64,000 nt of DNA from Schizochytrium sp. TIO01 (GCA_004764695.1 SMSO01000036.1:2294001-2358000); one strand, 5' to 3'; positions 11,244-24,105 are shown, counted from the first letter of the stretch. The notes: generated by a model not told the origin, from the sequence alone. Numbers and translations are program-made.

Positions 11244-13316
11244 TTAGAAGTACGAAACTTCAAACCCAAGCCCAGACCTAACTTTGCGATCATCAGAATG
11301 AAAGTAAATCACCATGTCGCGTGACAACGGATCAAGTGTACTTGGCCGCTTTACCTTACCATCATATGTCGCGCGAAGTACAGTCTCGTATTCACCACCA
11401 CGCAAATTAGAAAAAAAGTTTTTCGTGTTCGACACAGTGCTCAGAACATCCCACGCCTCCAGGATATCCTTGTTTGCTTGTGTCGCGCCACCCACCATCT
11501 TAAACATTACAGTCTTGCCTTCCGGAGCACGCACCAGCCAGCATGCATCTTCGTTATTCTCGTACTGCTTGTCTGTCCCATTGTTCGTATCAAGAGTGAC
11601 CCACTCTCCAATCTGACTCAGCTCAACGATATTGTTGGCTTCAGGGTCCAAACATTTGGAAGCCCAATCAAGAGTGGCAGGAGGACATTCCTTCGCTTTC
11701 TTGACGCACTTTTGGGATGCACGGTCGTGAATCCAACCCTGAGGACAGCGACAATACGTGCCAAGAAATGCAGCTTCTTCTTCTTCAGAGTACGACGACT
11801 TGGGATCAGGAAGGTCAATGCAAATGCGGTTGGCATTCTTGGGACACCGCGTAGTGATCTTGTTCTGTCCGCACTGCGGTGAGCAGCTCGGATACCAGCA
11901 TTGCGCAAGTATCAAGTTGTTTGGACATTCTGGGTACGCATCGACATTAAGTGGGATAACAGGCTGTGTTGGTTGTGGAGTAGGTTTTGTAGGCCTTGGT
12001 GTGGGCTCGTTGGTTGGCGTTTTGGTTGGCTTGGGAGTTGGCTCACGTGTTGGTTTGTTCGTAGGTTGTGATGTTGGGCGTTTGGTGGGACGTCCTGTCG
12101 TGGGCTGAGGAGTAGGTTTTTTGGTGGGTACTTTGGTGGGACGCGGGGTTGGCTTTGGCGTGGGCTGGGGAGTAGCTGAAGCCACGACATGTTGATTGCA
12201 TGTAGAGGTAGTTCGCAAATCAACACAAAGTCTCACAGGGTATTTATTGTTGGAAGGCACATCAACTTTGACGGGGTTATTGGCATGGAGCTCACAGACA
12301 CCTTTGGCACCATCTGGCACGGCGTTGGTAGAGTAAAACTCATACGAGCGGCAGTATGCATCTTGAAGACAATTGTTGAAGCACTCAAGCTCAGATACAT
12401 CGTCGTATTTGACAAAGTCGCCATGGTAGTCAGTATTTGTTGCGTCGGTGGGCTTGACGAATCTACAATAGCCATGTGGAGCCATGAGGTTCGGGCATAG
12501 GGCGGTCGTTTCACGTTCAGGTACTGGGTATTTGCAGAATGGGATTCGTCGATGCAGAATGCGTCGCTGGTGTTTGTATCCGTTAAAGTCAGGATGAGCA
12601 TTTATGGTTCCATCTGCCATAATGAGAAGTTGATTGTTTGATTGACATCTTCGATTTATCGAGTAGTCAGAACCGTATGAACTAGTATATGGATTAGTGG
12701 ATTGGGCATTAGATGCATATGGTTTGATCCGAGAGTAATCCTCGTTTGTGTACTGCAGGTAAAAGTCAGTCTCATAATGGCCTGCGTTTGGTTCAGTTGT
12801 GTAGTCATCCCAAGGCTTTCTCCATTCATAGTAGTTGGATTGGTCGCACTCGGGGCCAAAATTTACAGTACCAAGCATACTCGTGAGTTGCTTCGACGTT
12901 TTCCTTAGTTGAGTAGTTGGATTGATGACATTTTTCACTGGACCAATAGTGTAATCAATGGGTTGCCATCCCGTAAATGCAGATGCTGCATTGGATGCTT
13001 TTAGAGCAAGTGTCATAGCTTTGACTTCTGCCTTATTTGTGAGTATAGCAGGTTGCACTGATGTATTGGGAAATTTTCGTTCGCAGTAAGTAGTATGCGT
13101 TTTATCAGAAGGATAGAACTGCCATGTGTAGCGACTCTTTGTAGTGGAGACTGCACCAATGCATACGCCTCCATTGAAGTAAAACCCCTCAACACATCGT
13201 GTGCTGGTGCTGCTGGCTGTTATAAGTGAGAAGCATTGCAAAAGCAACAAGAATAGAGCGAACATGGTGCCAAAACTAAGCAAAGGCGACCTCCAACTCA
13301 TTGGAGTACCAAACAT
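11244..13316 (-). CDS. Secreted lectin-array protein B1
   Basis: The ORF track starts at a non-ATG codon (13352). First ATG is 13316 (MFGTPMSWR), alternative 13301. Signal peptide followed by CTL-like/PAN/PT/TIL/CUB motifs. Confidence 0.85.
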   Translation of the reverse strand: MFGTPMSWRSPLLSFGTMFALFLLLLQCFSLITASSTSTRCVEGFYFNGGVCIGAVSTTKSRYTWQFYPSDKTHTTYCERKFPNTSVQPAILTNKAEVKAMTLALKASNAASAFTGWQPIDYTIGPVKNVINPTTQLRKTSKQLTSMLGTVNFGPECDQSNYYEWRKPWDDYTTEPNAGHYETDFYLQYTNEDYSRIKPYASNAQSTNPYTSSYGSDYSINRRCQSNNQLLIMADGTINAHPDFNGYKHQRRILHRRIPFCKYPVPERETTALCPNLMAPHGYCRFVKPTDATNTDYHGDFVKYDDVSELECFNNCLQDAYCRSYEFYSTNAVPDGAKGVCELHANNPVKVDVPSNNKYPVRLCVDLRTTSTCNQHVVASATPQPTPKPTPRPTKVPTKKPTPQPTTGRPTKRPTSQPTNKPTREPTPKPTKTPTNEPTPRPTKPTPQPTQPVIPLNVDAYPECPNNLILAQCWYPSCSPQCGQNKITTRCPKNANRICIDLPDPKSSYSEEEEAAFLGTYCRCPQGWIHDRASQKCVKKAKECPPATLDWASKCLDPEANNIVELSQIGEWVTLDTNNGTDKQYENNEDACWLVRAPEGKTVMFKMVGGATQANKDILEAWDVLSTVSNTKNFFSNLRGGEYETVLRATYDGKVKRPSTLDPLSRDMVIYFHSDDRKVRSGLGFEVSYF

Positions 13317-14836
13317 GAATCTAGTCGTCCTTGTTTTGATTTTGCTGATCACAGCTGATGCTTATACATCGGAAAAGAATATGATATTAGTGAGGTTAAT
13401 ATGGAGACTGAGGATTTAGCGATCAGCTCCAGAATTTGATGGTCAGGATATGTTGGATGATTCGGCCCTATTTTTGAAAATTATAATGATGGCATACAGA
13501 CATAATAATATATTACTAAGTCTAATAAATAGAATCGTAGTCTGGTTTGATGAGTAAGATAAAGTTAGTTAGACCTCTCGGCACATGAACAACACTCTAG
13601 CATGATATTACCTAATACATTAGCAGGTGCTATTCATTTGAGGGTTTGTCAGCCGTGATTAGGAAGAAGATGTCCCCGTGTCGTTCAGGTTACCAAGTTC
13701 ACGCTATTTATCTATAATGGAAATACAATAGGTATTATATACACATATACTAATAGTGCTGGAATTCAGGAGAAACAATATTAGTGGTATGGAAGGATCG
13801 GAATCCTTTAGTTATTCTGACACAGCAGCAGTAGTAGTGTACACGACTTTGTGATCTCGTGTTAATCCAAATGGTCCTATTATATATTGTGTGTTCTAGT
13901 ATGGACGGTGGCCATTCTGAGGCACAACTAGTATAGGCCTGGTTGTCTGTCACTCTCACTTGCCAGGAGGTGACGCTCGTCGATCCTTTCGCATTGATGA
14001 AAGTTAGAATATCCCTGTGGTGCTAATACAGCTGCTCTTTTACCATTTGTTGTGTCATCCATGGATTTATTACACTCAAACTATGAGGTTGATAGGTGTT
14101 GCAGTAGTGAAGGGATTGCTTCACCTGAACTCAAGTCTTCGTAGTAGGAATATATAGCAAGACCCGGCAAGGACCTACATGATGAGTGTCCTATATATTT
14201 TTAATTATTTTTTTAATACGCTTTTATTAAAGGAAAATATTGATAATAATATCAATGTTCATCTTTCAAGATTGCACAATTCATGGGTTTGGCTGAGCTT
14301 GCGTCTCTGCATATGTGATCACCTTAGGTTAGCCAACATATTACCTTCAATCCCTCCGTAGACAGTGAATAATTTGATAATTGAAGTTATTATTTTTTTA
14401 AATATTATTTTTTACTAAAACATATTGGCTTCTCCTCACTTTGTTTTTCTATATTGATTACAACATACCGAGCTTCTTACGCAGCTCTGGGCTCTCAAGA
14501 ACTAATTTTCCATATTTCTCTTGCAGTCTTGACCTTGGACTAGTCTGAAGGCTCCTGCGACTTGGGTTGTAAAGATACATACATTTATGAGACATCCTTT
14601 TTTAGCCCTGAACTGAAACTGGCGACGCAGACCATAAACAAAGCATAAATAGTAATAAAGCAAAATTATACATTTTCCTTGTAGGTAGTTGATTTTTATT
14701 TTATTCAAATTTCCATTAAAAATTAATCGAATCCTGTTAGGTAGGTATCTGTACACCTACCACTAGTGGTTCCCGGATTTAGACTTTCAAAAACAAATTA
14801 TTATTTAAAAAATTAGAATTAAAATTAAAATATTTG

Positions 14837-15215
14837 AATAGACTTGTCCGTACCAGCAGAACTATTCGATATGCACGAGACTAGCGTTCAAACTATGGAA
14901 GCCTGGGTACTGCCCTGCCGATAAGGGCTGGTTCGTGCAGGTGCACCAGGCTTAGGTTTATGCCAATTTCAATGCTCCACGGCCCAGTTAAAATTCCGAA
15001 CGTTTCGGTGCTGACCAACTTCAGAACTTTAAGTTGTCCTCTCAGAATGAGATCAAGAGGACTTTGTCCGCAGTTAAAAGCCCAAATTGGCCCTGTAAGG
15101 ATAGCCGGAAGCAAACGTGCCGTGGAACAGCCGGGGGACTGAGGCCTCCGGGTACTGTATATTTTGGGACTCAGATGATAACCTGGTGCAGCAGCCACTA
15201 CTGCACTAGTCTATT
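14837..15215. other. GC-richer, hairpin-dense island between B1 and B2 (structured RNA or small non-autonomous element)
   Basis: Multiple 6-9-bp stems read directly from the sequence; ends are the inverted octamers AATAGACT/AGTCTATT. Confidence 0.3.
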
Positions 15216-15901
15216 TTCAGTTTGGCCTCTCAGTTAAGATCCCCCGTACGCAATGTATTTAGCAGCATACTTGGCTGGTCTAGGGCAGGTGTAGGTACCT
15301 GCTTTAGCTAACGTGTTTGCATAATTAGATCATGCGTTTTGCAAATGATCTTGTTTCGTGATACACTTTTTTTCCTTACTCTTTTTTGGAGAGCCATAAC
15401 TTAACATATGAATATGCACAAGTTGGGGTAGTACATCAACGCTGCACACTTCTTTCTCTTTTTAATTTAAAAACAAAATGGATATACATAAAGTGATATG
15501 CATAGTAAGCACCTAGGTGTTAACGTAATACTCGTGAACAGGCACTGTTTCTATTAACGTTTGCACATATATATTAAGAGCTACTAATGTAAGTAATACG
15601 AAATCGAGCCCCTAAGCAAAGAACGCTGTTCCAAATATAGCCTGCAGTACCTTTTTCAAAAATGGGGAGCTTCACCTTCTTGAAAATTGTGAAGGCGAAT
15701 ATAACTCGAACTTAGAACATCAACTAATAGAGCGTTTGGCTGCAGACAATCACGATATCAAATATATTCCAAAGTAGGCCCGGATAGACTCCATTTTTGG
15801 CAGTAATCAAGTCATCAGAATTTCAATTTAAAAGGTGTATCAGATATAAAAAATGAGACAACTTGAGTGGTCCCTCAATATGTGCAAAATAGTGGCTTGT
15901 A

Positions 15902-15921
15902 TCTTCCTAATCACGGCTGAC
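15902..15921 (+). promoter_or_regulatory. Conserved distal motif TCTTCCTRATCAYGRCTGAC upstream of all four B genes (13648..13667 minus, 15902..15921, 20764..20783, 25600..25619)
   Basis: Identical 20-mer in B1/B2 and a 17/20 variant in B3/B4, always ~300-350 nt upstream and in gene orientation. Confidence 0.55.
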
Positions 15922-15930
15922 TAGTGGCAC

Positions 15931-15957
15931 TTTTTTTTTTTTTTTTTTTTTTTTTTT
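15931..15957. repeat. Poly(T)27 tract
   Basis: Direct reading. Confidence 0.95.
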
Positions 15958-16233
15958 CCGAACGAGCGAGTGACCTTTATTTTGTATTGTATTCAGTTAG
16001 TGACAATATAAGTAAGAACTGTAAAACCATGCAATCGTCTGCTAGTAAGTAGAAATGCAATTCGATACAACTCTTCCATTCAAAACTACACGTGACAGGT
16101 TGAAGTTATCTATTTACTACTTATACCTAGAGGTTTTTTTTAAGAAAAGAAAAGAGTATTAGCATAATCTGAATTATCTGGAAAGTGAAGCAATAATTCA
16201 GACAGCAAAACCGAAACAAGGACAATTGGATTC

Positions 16234-18318
16234 ATGATTTGTACTTCAATGAGTTGGAGGTCACCTTCCCTTAGCTTTGGCACCATGCTCGCTCTACTCC
16301 TGTTCCTGTTGCAATGCTTCTCACTTGCAACAGCCAGCAGCACCAGCACACGATGTGTTGAGGGGTTCTACTTCAATGGAGGCGTATGTATTGGTGCAGT
16401 CTCCACTACGAAGAGTCGCTACATATGGCAGTTTTACCACTCTTTTAAAAAACAAACTACTTACTGCGAACGCAAATTCCCCAATACATCAGTTCAACCT
16501 GCTATACTCACAAATAAGGCAGAGGTCAAAGCCATGACACTTGCCCTAAAGGCCACGAAAGCAGGATCTGCATTTATAGGCTGGGAGCCCTTTGACTATA
16601 CTATCGGTCCAGTGAAAAATGTCATTAGTCCAACAACCAGAGAGAAAAAGACATCGAAGCAACTCAAAAATATGCTTGGCCCTATTGATTTTGGTCCAGA
16701 ATGCGAAAGATCTTATTACAATTATGAATGGAGACAGCCTTGGTATGGCCGTTATTATGAATCAAATACTGATTCTGAATATTCATCCAGCTTTGAGACC
16801 TATACAACAGAAGAATATTCTCGAATTCGGCCGTACGAATCATCGGATAAACCAGATTATGATTCTCGGTGGTATGATACTTATCCCTCTGTTGATTATT
16901 CGGAATCACGAAGATGTCAATCAAACAATCAACTTCTCATTATGGCAGATGGAACCATCACTGCCAATCCTGACTTTAAAGGATTAGGCTTCAGGCGGCG
17001 AATTTTGAATCGGCGAATCCCATTCTGCAAATACCCAGTACCTGAACGTGAAACGACCGCCCTATGCCCGAACCTCATGGCTCCACATGGCTATTGTAGA
17101 TTCGTCAAGCCCACCGACGCAACAAATACTGACTACCATGGCGACTTTGTCAAATACGACGATGTATCTGAGCTTGAGTGCTTCAACAATTGTCTTCAAG
17201 ATGCATACTGCCGCTCGTATGAGTTTTACTCTACCAACGCCGTGCCAGATGGTGCCAAAGGTGTCTGTGAGCTCCATGCCAATAACCCCGTCAAAGTTGA
17301 TGTGCCTTCCAACAATAAATACCCTGTGAGACTTTGTGTTGATTTGCGAACTACCTCTACATGCAATCAGCATATCGTGGCTTCAGCTACTCCCCAGCCC
17401 ACGCCAAAGCCAACCCCGCGTCCCACCAAAGTACCGACCAAAAAACCTACTCCTCAGCCCACGACAGGACGTCCCACCAAACGCCCGACACCACAACCTA
17501 CGAACAAACCAACACGTGAGCCAACTCCCAAGCCAACCAAAACGCCAACCAACGAGCCCACACCAAGGCCTACAAAACCTACTCCACAACCAACAGAGCC
17601 TGTTATCCCTCTTAATGTCGATGCGTACCCAGAATGTCCAAACAACTTGATACTTGCGCAATGCTGGTATCCGAGCTGCTCACCGCAGTGCGGACAGAAC
17701 AAGATCACTACGCGGTGTCCCAAGAATGCCAATCGCATTTGCATTGACCTTCCTGATCCCAAGTCGTCGTACTCTGAAGAAGAAGAAGCTGCATTTCTTG
17801 GCACGTATTGTCGCTGTCCTCAGGGTTGGATTCACGACCGTGCATCCCAAAAGTGCGTCAAGAAAGCGAAGGAATGTCCTCCTGCCACTCTTGATTGGGC
17901 TTCCAAATGTTTGGACCCTGAAGCCAACAATATCGTTGAGCTGAGTCAGATTGGAGAGTGGGTCACTCTTGATACGAACAATGGGACAGACAAGCAGTAC
18001 GAGAATAACGAAGATGCATGCTGGCTGGTGCGTGCTCCGAAAGGCAAGACTGTAATGTTTAAGGTGATGGGTGGCGCGACACAAGCAAACAAGGATATCC
18101 TGGAGGTGTGGGATGTTCTAAGCACAGTGTCAAGCACGAAAAACTTTTTTTCTAATTTGCGTGGTGGTGAATACGAGACTGTACTCCGCGCGACATATGA
18201 TGGTAAGGTGAAGAGTCCGAATACACTTGACCCGTTGTCACGCGACATGGTGATTCATTTTCATTCTGATGATCGCAAAGTTAGCTCTGGGCTCGATTTT
18301 AGAGTTACATACTACTAA
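16234..18318 (+). CDS. Secreted lectin-array protein B2, 694 aa
   Basis: Intact ORF, head-to-head with B1. From RIPFCKYP onward almost identical to B1/B3/B4. Confidence 0.85.
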   Translation: MICTSMSWRSPSLSFGTMLALLLFLLQCFSLATASSTSTRCVEGFYFNGGVCIGAVSTTKSRYIWQFYHSFKKQTTYCERKFPNTSVQPAILTNKAEVKAMTLALKATKAGSAFIGWEPFDYTIGPVKNVISPTTREKKTSKQLKNMLGPIDFGPECERSYYNYEWRQPWYGRYYESNTDSEYSSSFETYTTEEYSRIRPYESSDKPDYDSRWYDTYPSVDYSESRRCQSNNQLLIMADGTITANPDFKGLGFRRRILNRRIPFCKYPVPERETTALCPNLMAPHGYCRFVKPTDATNTDYHGDFVKYDDVSELECFNNCLQDAYCRSYEFYSTNAVPDGAKGVCELHANNPVKVDVPSNNKYPVRLCVDLRTTSTCNQHIVASATPQPTPKPTPRPTKVPTKKPTPQPTTGRPTKRPTPQPTNKPTREPTPKPTKTPTNEPTPRPTKPTPQPTEPVIPLNVDAYPECPNNLILAQCWYPSCSPQCGQNKITTRCPKNANRICIDLPDPKSSYSEEEEAAFLGTYCRCPQGWIHDRASQKCVKKAKECPPATLDWASKCLDPEANNIVELSQIGEWVTLDTNNGTDKQYENNEDACWLVRAPKGKTVMFKVMGGATQANKDILEVWDVLSTVSSTKNFFSNLRGGEYETVLRATYDGKVKSPNTLDPLSRDMVIHFHSDDRKVSSGLDFRVTYY

Positions 18319-18379
18319 GAAGAGAATATATTATTTGTTTTAATTTTTAGTTGTTTTTAACTTTCAATTGTTTTAACAC

Positions 18380-19260
18380 GGACTTGGCGAATGAAGAATA
18401 CCCTGAAATCAGCAGATTTGGGCATGGCTGAAACCCCTATATGACATGGAGCAGGTTAATCAATTGGCCTCACCGAGTTTGCCCCGAGAAAAGACGTTTG
18501 TCGGTGTCTTCGTGGTTGAAAAGTCAAACAGAGACCTCGGGTGCGCTGCTTAAGATGGACAGGTAGCTGGCACATAGGATATACTACAGCATGGTTCTTA
18601 CATGCGCCTGTAAAGCCTTTATATGCCGATGGAATCGTTGTGGTTTGTGCTCACGTTGTGAATGCGAAAGAAGGGACAGATGAACAGCGCAAGGTCCACA
18701 AGGTCGGTAAACCTAAGAGAGTGAGGAAGATGAATGTTCAACGTCAAGCCTTCGGGAAGGCATGCAAGTCGATTCGATGGCAATAGAAATTTCTGACGCT
18801 CCACTGCTGCGAAAAGCTCGCAGACTTATTCGTGCTAAGCCTGCTGTTGTTGGCACGCCTGGCAAAGATGCAAATAGTCCTTTGGATGGAGATGCTGGGT
18901 TAGAACCAAACCTTTCAGAAAACACTAATGAAAGCGCCGAAAATATTGATGACCGAAGATCTAATGCAAAGGAACCAGGTTCTGAGGACATGCACCTTCG
19001 ACAAACCCAAACTAAAACTAAGGATGCGTCACCCGCCAGCCCATAGGAAATTGAGTTTGCCAACATTTGTCAATTCAACCCCCAAATTACAATAGTCGAT
19101 GATCTATTTACTGCTTTCCAGCTAACTCTGTACATTGGTACACTGATCTCACGATTTGCAGAACGAAGCTCATATGGACTTGAATCGTTCTCAACTGTGC
19201 AGCAATCTGCAATAAAGAGTGTCTTCACAACAATAGTCACCAATGTCCCGCGCATCATTC
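18380..19260 (+). pseudogene. Degenerate transposase-like fragment with SWIM zinc finger (probable Mutator/MULE relic), copy 1
   Basis: 18600-18660 reads TCACKAF[+1 nt]YADGIVVVCAHVV (CxC...CxH), followed by basic KVGKPKRVRK. Frameshifts and stops throughout. Confidence 0.4.
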
Positions 19261-20399
19261 ACCCGTGCAATCTCTTTTGTCGATGTTATTGTTATCTCTA
19301 ATATCGCTATTATAGTAATAGATTCTTGTTTTTTGTTTGTTTGATGTTGTATTTTGTTATCGTTGGTTGACTAAAATTGCCTCTAGACTATCTTCGCACC
19401 ATTACAACTTTGAATTAATTGTGATGAATGTTAGTGTCATGAAATAATAAGAGAGTTCTAGACTCAGTTGAGCAAGTCCAACTATCTAAAGAAGGCTTAC
19501 GTGATGAATACCTTCATCTCTATTATCTTCTGACATGAGGCTTGCCGCTCTTTGAAACTGGAAACTGCATTGTAGCCCCGTAGCCTGGAGTTTTTTATTC
19601 AGAGTATATCTTCTTTAAAAAAATCAAAAATAGCACTACTGGTATGCATACTTTATTAGCACTGAAAACTGGTTTTGCCTTAGCTAGTCAGATTATTCAC
19701 TTCATTCGTAATCTGTATATTTTTATTACTTGGATTTAAATATTAATTAAAATCAATATTGTTATTTATGAACGATTTAATTCAGAAAAGCCTTTTGCAA
19801 CTCGGATTGAAAGTACCTTATCGGCTTGGCAGTAGACTGAACATTATATTACCTTCAAGTGCTCAACCACCTGAAAGAATTCAGATGTCTTCCGGCAACC
19901 ACGATTTACAATATTCTCCCTGATATTTCTTGAATGGAGACAATAATTATTTGATGAACATTAAAAGGACTATTACCACCACCACCAACCCATTTATTCT
20001 TACTGATAATCAAAATAAATCACACAATGGAACCGCCCGGACACCTGAGGGAATGTAAGTTTTGGGCTTCGCTTGATAAGTTTAGTTGTAGGCAGCGGTA
20101 TTCACTATTTATGTACGATTAAACTGATTTTTTATTCAGAGTCTGAAATCAAGCCAGCTTGTATTGGCACTAACAACTGATTAATCATTGCAAATCTCAT
20201 TGCCAGTCATAGGCGTCTGCAAAATTTGAGCACAACATGAGGATAAGACCACTCCAAATGCCTCTATTATCTAGTTAAAGAGCTATATTGCTCTTTTCTG
20301 AGAGCCATGTTATCGCACATGAAAATGCACAAAGTCCATCAACGCGTGCACACTTTAAAATATTTAAAAACTCAAAACTTATTCTTAATAAAATGTTTG

Positions 20400-20434
<35 letters not shown>
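20400..20434. repeat. Poly(A)35 tract (shorter and interrupted in the duplicate at ~25245-25265)
   Basis: Direct reading. Confidence 0.95.
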
Positions 20435-20440
<6 letters not shown>

Positions 20441-21096
20441 GAGGCAGACACAAGTTTGCGCGTTTCTTCTTCTTTATTTAATATATATATTTTACACAAC
20501 TCCGCATCTATCCCAATACAAATAAATCACTGGCCAACCATAGATGAAGACTGTAGTGTCATTGTCACGGTACTCTAAACGACCAAACGTAAGTCGGAAA
20601 AAAGTTGAGTGTTAAATACGACGAGGCTATGCATCGGCTACCATAGCAGCAGGATATGGATTCCTATTCAAAATAGCCTAGGTGACGATGAAACTCTAAT
20701 CAGTAGTCATATAAGTATTCAGAAATAAGTGTCCCTACAAAATGAGCACAACAATAGCCCGATTCTTCCTGATCATGACTGACCAGTCCTAAAATATTAA
20801 AATAAGGCAACTTTTCTATTTTTTTTAATTGAATGTTTTTAATTAATTAGCACCATTAATATATCTACAGATCGGCAATATAGAGAACGTAGTATTGCCT
20901 TATTAAGTTTTAATTCTTAGATAACGCTTTATTCAAGATATTTTTATTTATTTATTTATTGAATATCTATTTGCAGTTCCTTAATAGACTACAACTTAGA
21001 AGTTTGGTATTACAAACCTGAATTATCTGGAAAGAGAAGCTATAATTCAGACAGCAAAACCGAAACAAGGACAGTACCATTTAGATTTGTACTTCA

Positions 21097-23163
21097 ATGA
21101 GTTGGAGGGTACCTTCTCATAATTTCGTCTCCATGTTTGCTCTATTGCTATTACTTTTGCAATGCTTCTCACTTACAATAGCCAGCAGCACCAGTACACG
21201 ATGTGTTGAGGGGTTTTACTTCAATGGAGGCGTCTGCATTGGTGCAGTCTCAACTACAAAGAGTCGCTACAAATGGCAATTCTATCCTTCTGATAAAACA
21301 CATACTACTTACTGCGAACGAAAATTTCCCAATACCTTAGTTCAACCTGCTGTACTCACGAATAAGGCAGAGGTCAAAGCCATGACACTTGCCCTAAAAG
21401 CCTCAAAAGCAGCGTCGGCATTTACTGGATGGCAACCCATTGATTACACTATTGGTCCAGTAAAAAATATCATCAATCCAACTACTCAACAAAGAAAAAC
21501 GTCGAAGCAACTCACGAGTATGCTTGGTACTGTAAATTTTGGCCCCGAGTGCGACCAATCCAACTACTATGAATGGAGAAAGCCTTGGGATGACTACACA
21601 ACTGAACCAAACGAAGGCCATTATGAGACTGACTTTTACCTGCAGTACACAAACGAGGATTACTCTACGATCAAACCATATGCATCTGTATATTCTAAAG
21701 ATCAATCTGCTGATCATTATAGTAGTCCATACGGCTCCGGTTATTACTCCTTATTTCGAGGATGCCAATCAAACAATCAACTTCTCATTATGGCAGATGG
21801 AACCATCACTGCCCACGTTGCTGGTGCCCCAAACCTCAGGCGGCGTATTTTGAAACGACGAATCCCATTCTGCAAATACCCAGTACCTGAACGTGAAACG
21901 ACCGCCCTATGCCCTAACCTCATGGCTCCGCATGGCTATTGTAGATTCGTCAAGCCCACCGACGCAACAAATACTGACTACCATGGCGACTTTGTCAAAT
22001 ACGACGATGTATCTGAGCTTGAGTGCTTCAACAATTGTCTTCAAGATGCATACTGCCGCTCGTATGAGTTTTACTCTACCAACGCCGTGCCAGATGGTGC
22101 CAAAGGTGTCTGTGAGCTCCATGCCAATAACCCCGTCAAAGTTGATGTGCCTTCCAACAATAAATATCCTGTGAGACTTTGTGTTGACTTGCGAACTACC
22201 TCTACATGCAATCAACATATCGTGGCTTCAGCTACTCCCCAGCCCACGCCAAAGCCAACCCCGCGTCCCACCAAAGTGCCCACCAAAAAACCTACTCCTC
22301 AGCCCACGACAGGACGTCCCACCAAACGCCCGACACCACAACCTACGAACAAACCAACACGTGAGCCAACTTCCAAGCCAACCAAAACGCCAACCAACGA
22401 GCCCACACCAAGGCCTACAAAACCTACTCCACAACCAACACAGCCTGTTATCCCACTTAATGTCGATGCGTACCCAGAATGTCCAAACAACTTGATACTT
22501 GCGCAATGCTGGTATCCGAGCTGCTCACCGCAGTGCGGACAGAACAAGATCACTACGCGGTGTCCCAAGAATGCCAACCGCATTTGCATTGACCTTCCTG
22601 ATCCCAAGTCGTCGTACTCTGAAGAAGAAGAAGCTGCATTTCTTGGCACGTATTGTCGCTGTCCTCAGGGTTGGATTCACGACCGTGCATCCCAAAAGTG
22701 CGTCAAGAAAGCGAAGGAATGTCCTCCTGCCACTCTTGATTGGGCTTCCAAATGTTTGGACCCTGAAGCCAACAATATCGTTGAGCTGAGTCAGATTGGA
22801 GAGTGGGTCACTCTTGATACGAACAATGGGACAGACAAGCAGTACGAGAATAACGAAGATGCATGCTGGCTGGTGCGTGCTCCGAAAGGCAAGACTGTAA
22901 TGTTTAAGGTGATGGGTGGCGCGACACAAGCAAACAAGGATATCCTGGAGGTGTGGGATGTTCTAAGCACAGTGTCAAGCACGAAAAACTTTTTCTCTAA
23001 TTTGCGTGGTGGTGAATACGAGACTGTACTCCGCGCGACATATGATGGTAAGGTGAAGACTCCGAATACACTTGACCCGTTGTCACGCGACATGGTGATT
23101 CATTTTCATTCTGATGATCGCAAAGTTAGCTCTGGGCTCGATTTTAGAGTTACATACTACTAA
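21097..23163 (+). CDS. Secreted lectin-array protein B3, 688 aa
   Basis: Intact ORF; tandem copy whose stop lies 4845 bp after the B2 stop. Confidence 0.85.
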   Translation: MSWRVPSHNFVSMFALLLLLLQCFSLTIASSTSTRCVEGFYFNGGVCIGAVSTTKSRYKWQFYPSDKTHTTYCERKFPNTLVQPAVLTNKAEVKAMTLALKASKAASAFTGWQPIDYTIGPVKNIINPTTQQRKTSKQLTSMLGTVNFGPECDQSNYYEWRKPWDDYTTEPNEGHYETDFYLQYTNEDYSTIKPYASVYSKDQSADHYSSPYGSGYYSLFRGCQSNNQLLIMADGTITAHVAGAPNLRRRILKRRIPFCKYPVPERETTALCPNLMAPHGYCRFVKPTDATNTDYHGDFVKYDDVSELECFNNCLQDAYCRSYEFYSTNAVPDGAKGVCELHANNPVKVDVPSNNKYPVRLCVDLRTTSTCNQHIVASATPQPTPKPTPRPTKVPTKKPTPQPTTGRPTKRPTPQPTNKPTREPTSKPTKTPTNEPTPRPTKPTPQPTQPVIPLNVDAYPECPNNLILAQCWYPSCSPQCGQNKITTRCPKNANRICIDLPDPKSSYSEEEEAAFLGTYCRCPQGWIHDRASQKCVKKAKECPPATLDWASKCLDPEANNIVELSQIGEWVTLDTNNGTDKQYENNEDACWLVRAPKGKTVMFKVMGGATQANKDILEVWDVLSTVSSTKNFFSNLRGGEYETVLRATYDGKVKTPNTLDPLSRDMVIHFHSDDRKVSSGLDFRVTYY

Positions 23164-23224
23164 GAAGAGAATATATTATTTGTTTTAATTTTTAGTTGTT
23201 TTTAACTTTCAATTGTTTTAAGAC

Positions 23225-24105
23225 GGACTTGGCGAATGAAGAATACCCTGAAATCAGCAGATTTGGGCATGGCTGAAACCCCTATATGACATGGAGCAGG
23301 TTAATCGATTGGCCTCACCGAGTTTGCCCCGAGAAAAGACGTTTGTCGGTGTCTTCGTGGTTGAAAAGTCAAACAGAGACCTCGGGCGCGCTGCTTAAGA
23401 TGGACAGGTAGCTGGCACATAGGATATACTACAGCATGGTTCTTACAAGCGCCTGTAAAGCCTTTATATGCCGATGGAATCGTTGTGGTTTGTGCTCACG
23501 TTGTGAGTGTGAAAGAAGGGACAGATGAACAGCGCAAGGTCCACAAGGTCGGTAAACCTAAGAGAGTGAGGAAGATGAATGTTCAACGTCAAGCCTTCGG
23601 GAAGGCATGCAAGTCGATTCGATGGCAATAGAAATTTCTGACGCTCCACTGCTGCGAAAAGCTCGCAGACTTATTCGTGCTAAGCCTGCTGTTGTTGGCA
23701 CGCCTGGCAAAGATGCAAATAGTCCCTTGGATGGAGATGCTGGGTTAGAACCAAACCTTTCAGAAAATACTAATGAAAACGCCGAAAATATTGATGACCG
23801 AAGATCTAATGCAAAGGAACCAGGTTCTGAGGACATGCACCTTCGACAAACCCAAACTAAAACTAAGGATGCGTCACCCGCCATCCCATAGGAAATTGAG
23901 TTTGCCAACATTTGTCAATTCAACCCCCCAATTACAATAGTCGATGATCTATTTACTGCTTTCCAGCTAACTCTGTACATTGGTACACTGATCTCACGAT
24001 TTGCAGAACGGAGCTCATATGGACTTGAATCGTTCTCAACTGTGCAGCAATCTGCAATAAAGAGTGTCTTCACAACAATAGTCACCAATGCCGCGCGCAT
24101 CATTC
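23225..24105 (+). pseudogene. Degenerate SWIM/MULE-like fragment, copy 2
   Basis: Duplicate of 18380-19260 with the same frameshift; the first Cys has become Ser (TSACKAF). Confidence 0.38.

Noticed and set aside
14761-15926. CACTA transposon starting CACTAGTGG at 14761
   Set aside because: No matching terminal inverted repeat or 3-bp TSD found; only CTAGTG at 15921.
18762-19046. 94-aa ORF (and copy 23607..23891) as a functional small gene
   Set aside because: Lies within a frameshifted, stop-containing relic; better explained as its low-complexity tail.
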